A stretch of 64,000 nt of DNA, taken from NCBI RefSeq assembly GCF_009914755.1, contig NC_060934.1; one strand, 5' to 3'. A model generated the notes under the pieces. That model saw only the letters and a program-made list of their open reading frames with translations. It had not been told where the DNA came from and did no database searches. Position 1 is the first letter of the stretch. Every line of letters begins with the position of its first letter. A program made the position numbers and the translations under genes. Below, piece after piece: positions 52,010 through 64,000 of this stretch. The stretch comes from the human T2T-CHM13v2.0 reference genome, Homo sapiens.

Positions 52010-52365
52010 AGTCTATCTTAGTCCATTCCTGCTGCTATAACAAAATACCTTAGGCTGGTAATTTATAAACAACAGAAATTTATTTCTTGCATTCTGGAGT
52101 GTGAGAAGTCCAAGATTTAGGCTACGACAGACTCAGTGACTGGTGAGGTCACTATATTCACTATATATAGCACCTTCTCTGTGTCCTCAAATGTTCAAAA
52201 GGGAAAACAAACTCCCTTAAGCCTCTTTTATAAAGGCCCTAGTCCCATTTCTGAGAGCTATGACTTCATGAACTAATCATCTCCAAAATGCCCCACCTCT
52301 TAATATTATCACATTGAATATTAGGCTCCAGCATATGAATATTGGGAGAACATTTGGACCATAGC
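52010..52365 (-). mobile_element. MLT1A/MST-type LTR fragment
   Basis: tcttagtccattcctgctgctataacaaaatacc...aacagaaatttatttct...aagtccaagat. Confidence 0.7.
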
Positions 52366-52379
52366 AAAGTCAACTGACC

Positions 52380-56250
<3,871 letters not shown>

Positions 56251-56253
56251 TAT

Positions 56254-56984
56254 TGAAACTGCCTTTGCAAAAATTATAACTGAAGAAATTATGACAGCAA
56301 AAGACATCAGACTTAATCAACTCCATCTTGCTTCTAGCATTTAAACTGTCCTTGTTCATTCCTGGCAGTAGGATGAACTAATTTTGGGAAGGTATTCAGT
56401 TCATGGTTTGACTCTGAAACAAAGTTGATAATAGCCATTTCCCAAAAAGATCCCCTTCTTGCCTGGAACCAGTCTGCCTTTGCAGGATAAACAAATTAGC
56501 TATAACATCAGAAATTACAGTTGAGGGGTTATGCAGCCTCTGGCTCCAAGAGTCTGAACCTCTCCAAATTGCTCCTGGGGATAACATCACTATTGTAAAA
56601 CCTAAAATCAGTGCTTGAGATATTTTGCGGACCCTGCACTGGATGAATCAGCTGACACCACCCAGACTGGTAATATGGCTCAACTAGTTCTGCCACCCCA
56701 CCCACAAACAGAAGACAGCAAGAAAACATCATTTCAACCCTGTATGATTTCATCTCCAACCTGATGAATAGGCAGTCCCCACTTTCCAAGCCCCTACCTG
56801 CCAAATTATCTTTAAAAGTTCTGATCCCCGAATGCTCAGGGAGACTGATTTGAGTAATAATAAAACTCTGATCTCCCGCACAGCTGGCTCTGCCTGAATT
56901 ACTCTTTCTCCATTGCAGTTCCCCTGTCTTGATAAATCAGCTCTGTCTAAGCAGGGCACGAGGTGAAACCACTGGGCAGTTACA
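56254..56984 (+). mobile_element. LTR8-like solo LTR (ERV1)
   Basis: tgaaactgcctttgcaaaaattataactg...ctccatcttgcttcta...aataaaactctgatctcccgcacagc...gggcagttaca matches recalled LTR8. Confidence 0.85.
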
Positions 56985-58004
56985 CAGTCTATTGGTGATT
57001 TCCAATAGTGAATTTTTCAATTGAGCTATTGTATTCCTTAGCTCCAGAGTTTCTGTATGGTTCCTTTTTTTTTTTTTTAGTTTCTATCTCCATTAATATT
57101 TTCATTTTCTTCATGAATTATTTCCTGCTTTCACTTAGTTGTCTATTTCTGTTGTCACTGGGCTTCATTAAGAGAGTTAATTTGGATTCTTTGTCAGGTA
57201 ACTCATTTATCTATTTCTTTAGGGTTGGTTTCTGTAGATTTATTTTGCTCCTTTAATTTAGTCATCAGGTTTCTCTGTTTCTTCTTATGTCTTGTTATTT
57301 TTTATTTTTTTATTTATTTTTGCCAAGATTTGGGCGTTTGAAAAAACTGCCACTTCTCCCAGTTTTTATCAGCTGGCTTCATACGGAAGACCTTCATACC
57401 TGAATCAGCATGGCTATAGGTTCCAGCAGCCTCTCAAACTTTTTCTGGGAATGCATCTTGTTTGGGTTTATACATTGCAACATCCCAAGTAGAGGTTTGC
57501 CAGTTTCTTTTTCTGGAGCTGTTGCTCCCTCTGGTATCTGTCTGTGGTACTGCAGGTTCCCTGGTGCTGCATCATCTCTGACCTCTCCTTTATTCCCAGT
57601 GGCTCCCATGAATCCAAAGTATGCCAGTTGGGCGTCAAGTTAGAGAGAGAGGGAGAGCTTCAGGTAACCTCATAAAACTATTCCGTTCCAGTCTTCTCTT
57701 TCTCTGCTAACGGAGAAGCTGCAAGTTGAGTGCTTCCCAGCCAAACCAACCTGTTCGAGCTTGGGGAAGGGGTATCATGAGTATAATGCAACAGCTTTTC
57801 TTATTTGTTCAATGCCACTATTCTTGGTTTTGCACTTGTCTGTGCTACTACAATTTCTTAATGGTTTATGGAACTCCATAAAGGCTTTTAGACCATATAT
57901 TGTTTTTCAGTTGCTATCTTTATGGAGAATCAAGGTTTGGAGCCATTCCACCATCTGGCTGGCATCACTCTGTTTATATAATTTTTTATTTTTATTATAT
58001 TTTA

Positions 58005-59010
<1,006 letters not shown>

Positions 59011-59320
59011 TACCTCACTCTGTCTTTTAAATTGGCTATGTAAGGGGAGCATCTTGTGCTTAAGTCTTTGTTTTCTGGCCTATTTATATAATGGACATTT
59101 CTGAGTTGTGTGTATATATTAAATTATTTGAGAGTATATATTTAATGTACTAAATAGATCTACGTGTTTTCATACATGTCACTATAAAAAGACCATTTGC
59201 ATATATTTGTTCTATAAAATGCTTACTTTTCTTCATGAACCACCTAGATTTGCTTTTCTGATGTGTAGTGTATGTGAAAATATTTCTTTGTGAATTTTTT
59301 TTTATTGTGTGCCCCTACAG

Positions 59321-59427
59321 GTGGTATGCTTAATAACGCCATAGCCTCTATAAGGAACATATGTATTAGTCGGCTGGCAGGAATTGTTTTGGGATTTTTT
59401 GTTCGATATTTTCCAAGTGAAGACCAG
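59321..59427 (+). pseudogene. SLC9B1: SLC9B1 paralog next exon, 107 nt, open frame, donor mutated
   Basis: gcccctacag| acceptor; (G)GMLNNAIASIRNICISRLAGIVLGFFVRYFPSEDQ continues in phase from the 38513-38688 exon; followed by TTAAAT instead of GT. Confidence 0.92.
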
Positions 59428-60255
59428 TTAAATACAAAATCTATCTTATAGAAGTATAGTATTAGACTTTTTTTTCAAAATATTAAACTTTGGTAAGATC
59501 CATGAAATTTAATACTTAACTCTATTTTTCTAAAACTAGCCTCCAATGCCTACTCTGTATTTAAAACTGAGCACAGTGGTGATTGATACAGGTCAATGGC
59601 TTTGATTAAAGTCTCTGCTTCCTGATTTGGCAAATAAGGAATGTCAAAAAATATACTTAATTCAGAGTATCCCTCTCAATTATACTTTCCCTTTCTCTAC
59701 TAAATTGCCTATTGAGGTTTGATAATTTCCCCCAAATTTTCCCTTAAACATTTTAGGGGGAGATAGGTTCCCATTTATTTCTGCATATTTTCTGACTGAA
59801 ATTCACTCCTGCTATCCTTTGACAAAGGCAACACTCAAACTTAGCCATTTCCTGCCTTAAAGGAAAACATGCCATTACTTTTGTATTTCTGTAATTTCCA
59901 TCCAAATTTAGCTGTAACATATTGACCAAAGAGATATTCAAATATTTTTTAAGAATTCATTGGATATGTTATATGAAACTGGAGATTTTATGGGTCTCTT
60001 TTCTTCTTCACTTAAAGTAATATTTTAACTATTTTACTGATACTAGTATCAGAGATGTGGCAGAAGATGAAACGTTACTAATTGGAAATTTTGTTACTTG
60101 GTAGTAAGTCTGCTAAAATGTATGGTGAGAAAGAAAATCAAAATTTTAGACATGTAATATAACATTTAAAGACATAATATCAAAGGGTCAAACATATATA
60201 ATAGATAATGTCTGTCTGGGCGACAGAGCAACACTCAATCTCAAAAAAAAAATAA

Positions 60256-61425
<1,170 letters not shown>

Positions 61426-64000
61426 AAATAGAGACACATTGATTTTTTAAAAAATACTTTTCCTACCTTGCCACTCACTCCATCACACAAATGTGCATAT
61501 ATTTTTTTAATTACACATTTATTTGTATACTATTTGGTTAATGGCTAAATCCCTGCCCCCGCCCCCTTGATAGACTACGTAAGGACAGGGACAGTGTCTA
61601 GTCGTTGCAGTTGTTTTTCATTATTTCTCCCTGGCACTTAACACAGTGCCTGACATGCAGGAGGCAAATACGTATTGCATGCCTGCAAGGATGAATGAAC
61701 GGAAAGGGAAACCTTGTAATTTTGCCCTGTTATTCAAGGAGATTCTCCTCCTACTAAAATATATTGCTACTTCTTGTTAGACTGTTTAACTTGGCAGCAT
61801 AATATACCTTAATTTCCTGTGGCTCTTTTCTTAGTTGTTATTCCAAAACAGAAGCTCCTAAATTTTCATGCAAAAAACCTCTATTATCATGTTAGAAAAG
61901 CAGGCTCATAGGGCCAGACTACCTGTTTTGAATACCATGTTACTTGCCTATAACCTCAGGAAAATTATTTTCTAGTCTCTCAGTCCTTCAGTGTTCTCGT
62001 CTTGCAATGAAGTCTATGACTGTATCTGTTTCTTAGCAGTATTGTCAGGATTCAAGGAGATAATCCACGTAAAGTGCCTTAGCACTCTCTCTGGCATATG
62101 GTGGTGCTCAGTTAACAAACAATGTTGTTATTTTATCTTACCTTCAAGTAATATAAATAATAACTTTTTATTTTTAATGTCTACTGTAGGGAATAATAAA
62201 TCTACAAAAGGAGTATCTGTTCTCTCTCCTTCCAACAATACTCTTGCAATTTTGTTTCATTATTTCATAATTTTCATAAAGCAGGGAAAAAAGAAAAGCA
62301 GGTATGAGGAAAGAGACCACTCACTCGAGCCCTGCAGTATTATTCTGCTTCTGCCTATTCCTGTCGGCTGGCTCCAGGCTGGCTTCTACACAAAGAATAT
62401 CAAGCTGGTCCCAGGAACTGGCAAGACATAAAAAATTAATTATTTATACAAGTAGAGTCACAACAGCAATAATAGATAACAATAATGTCACAAGTAAATA
62501 CGATCAACAAATATTTAAATTTCAATTTTAAATTATTTTCACCTTTATCCTCTTCCGCCATTCTCTGCTGCTAAAATAAAATTGGCTAAGGTTCAGCTTT
62601 CTCTTGTTCCTTAGTTTCGAGTTACTGATAAAAGTTAGACAGGAAAAATAGAAGCTATTAGGAGAGTAAATAAATAATTTAGTTTACAAATGTAAGATCA
62701 GCTTGGCAACTGGATTTTTTTAAAGAAATAGTATTAAATCTCAGTCACTAGGAGGAAATCATTTATCATCTAATAAAAGTCCTCACATAATAAGGTTGTC
62801 ATAAGAATTAAATGAATTGATAAATGGAAAGCTTTAAGAATGATACCTGACATATGATGAATGCCATATAACTATAAAAATATTATTTCTAGTTTCACCA
62901 TTATCGTCATCATCTCTTAAAAGTCAGTGGGTTTGGCTTTTGTTTTTGTTTTTTCTGTTGGCAGTTCTTTTATGTTCAAATCCTCTTCTAAACTGTGAGA
63001 TTCTTTCAACGTGGTTTTCTGCATGATTATTTTTTTTCTCCCTAGCATCCTCCAGCACACTGGATCATGTTCAGTACATTAAAAGTTATGATATAAAAAT
63101 AATACCATTTTAAATTATTGATTTAGGATATAGAAATTGATCTTAAATTGAGGGGTTCTCTTGCCATAATGTTCCATATCAGAGGTAATGTTTCTACTAT
63201 TATGTTGTTACTTCACAACTCCATAGAAAATATGTTATATGTTGGTATTTAATTCCCCCAAATTTTAAGGCAATTTCAGGCCTAGTTATTAAACACAAGG
63301 AAAGATAGTTACAAGAAATTTGCTTTATGTTATTAAAAATAATATGGTAGAAGGTAACTAGGGAAAAATCTTGTGACCCAGTAGTCATTCTAAAAAAAAA
63401 CTTCAAAGGAACTCATTCTCTGACCTGGCAGGGGATGAGGAGTGAAGGAGAAAGAAACTTACTACTATCTGAATACCTACTGTGTGCCAGGTATTCTTCA
63501 CATTCTCATATTTAATTTTCACAACCGTCCAGTAAGATAAGTATTTTGTTCTTCGTTTTACACGTAAGTAAGTAGAAGTTTAGAGAGTGTGAGTCATTTG
63601 TACAAGGTCACTAGCCTGGTTGCAGCAAAAATAGAATTCAAACCCAGTTTGCTAGATTCCAAACCTGCTGTCAGTTCTGCTATAACCCAGTGCCCCCTGA
63701 ATAAGGAGAACAATGAGAAGAAGGGCAACACATCCTAGAGAACCATAAGAAAACTTAATATTTTATTTGGTCTTCTTGTAGTCAAAAACTACTGGTACAC
63801 GATAAAGGCAACTAAGCAAAACTGGTTTTGTTAGAACTCCTGGTGTTATGAGGGCAACACTCAAAAGAGATATTTGAATAGAGGAACACTGAGAGGACAA
63901 GAGTGCAAAATCAGCCCAAAAATGTTTGCATGCTGATTTGTCACTATTGTACTCTTCCTCCACATATATTTGCTAGGAAGAACATGGAACTGATGAGTAA

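Noticed and set aside
61991-62431. 146-aa ORF
   Set aside because: Begins in MIR-like sequence with a non-ATG start and resembles neither SLC9B1 nor any protein I recognise.

Overview
Hominoid (human or great-ape) pericentromeric segmental-duplication mosaic with no intact protein-coding gene. Left to right: (1) an AT-rich duplicon of unidentified origin with MER2, Alus and L1s (1-13.5 kb); (2) a ~2.9 kb G-poor CATTT/CATCT repeat array; (3) ~5.5 kb of CAGGG repeat with an inverted pocket; (4) a REP522-like GC-rich block; (5) a minus-strand copy of the TTC28 CpG-island promoter, exon 1 and proximal intron 1; (6) a GCCGCGGCTTTTTGCCCCC ('CAAAAAG'-type) repeat; (7) a 576-bp near-perfect copy of sequence from 24 kb to the left; (8) a plus-strand SLC9B1 (NHA1) gene fragment with two exons 20.6 kb apart. 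That intron holds an 8.8-kb composite L1 inside an MLT2/MaLR element. I cannot support a wholly new biological system. The best leads are the templated 576-bp insert at a duplicon junction, the captured TTC28 promoter/exon 1 whose 4-bp deletion bypasses a stop and leaves an open spliceable exon, and an L1-within-L1 chimera under one 20-bp TSD. Gene and repeat-family names come from recalled sequences, not database searches; repeat boundaries are approximate.
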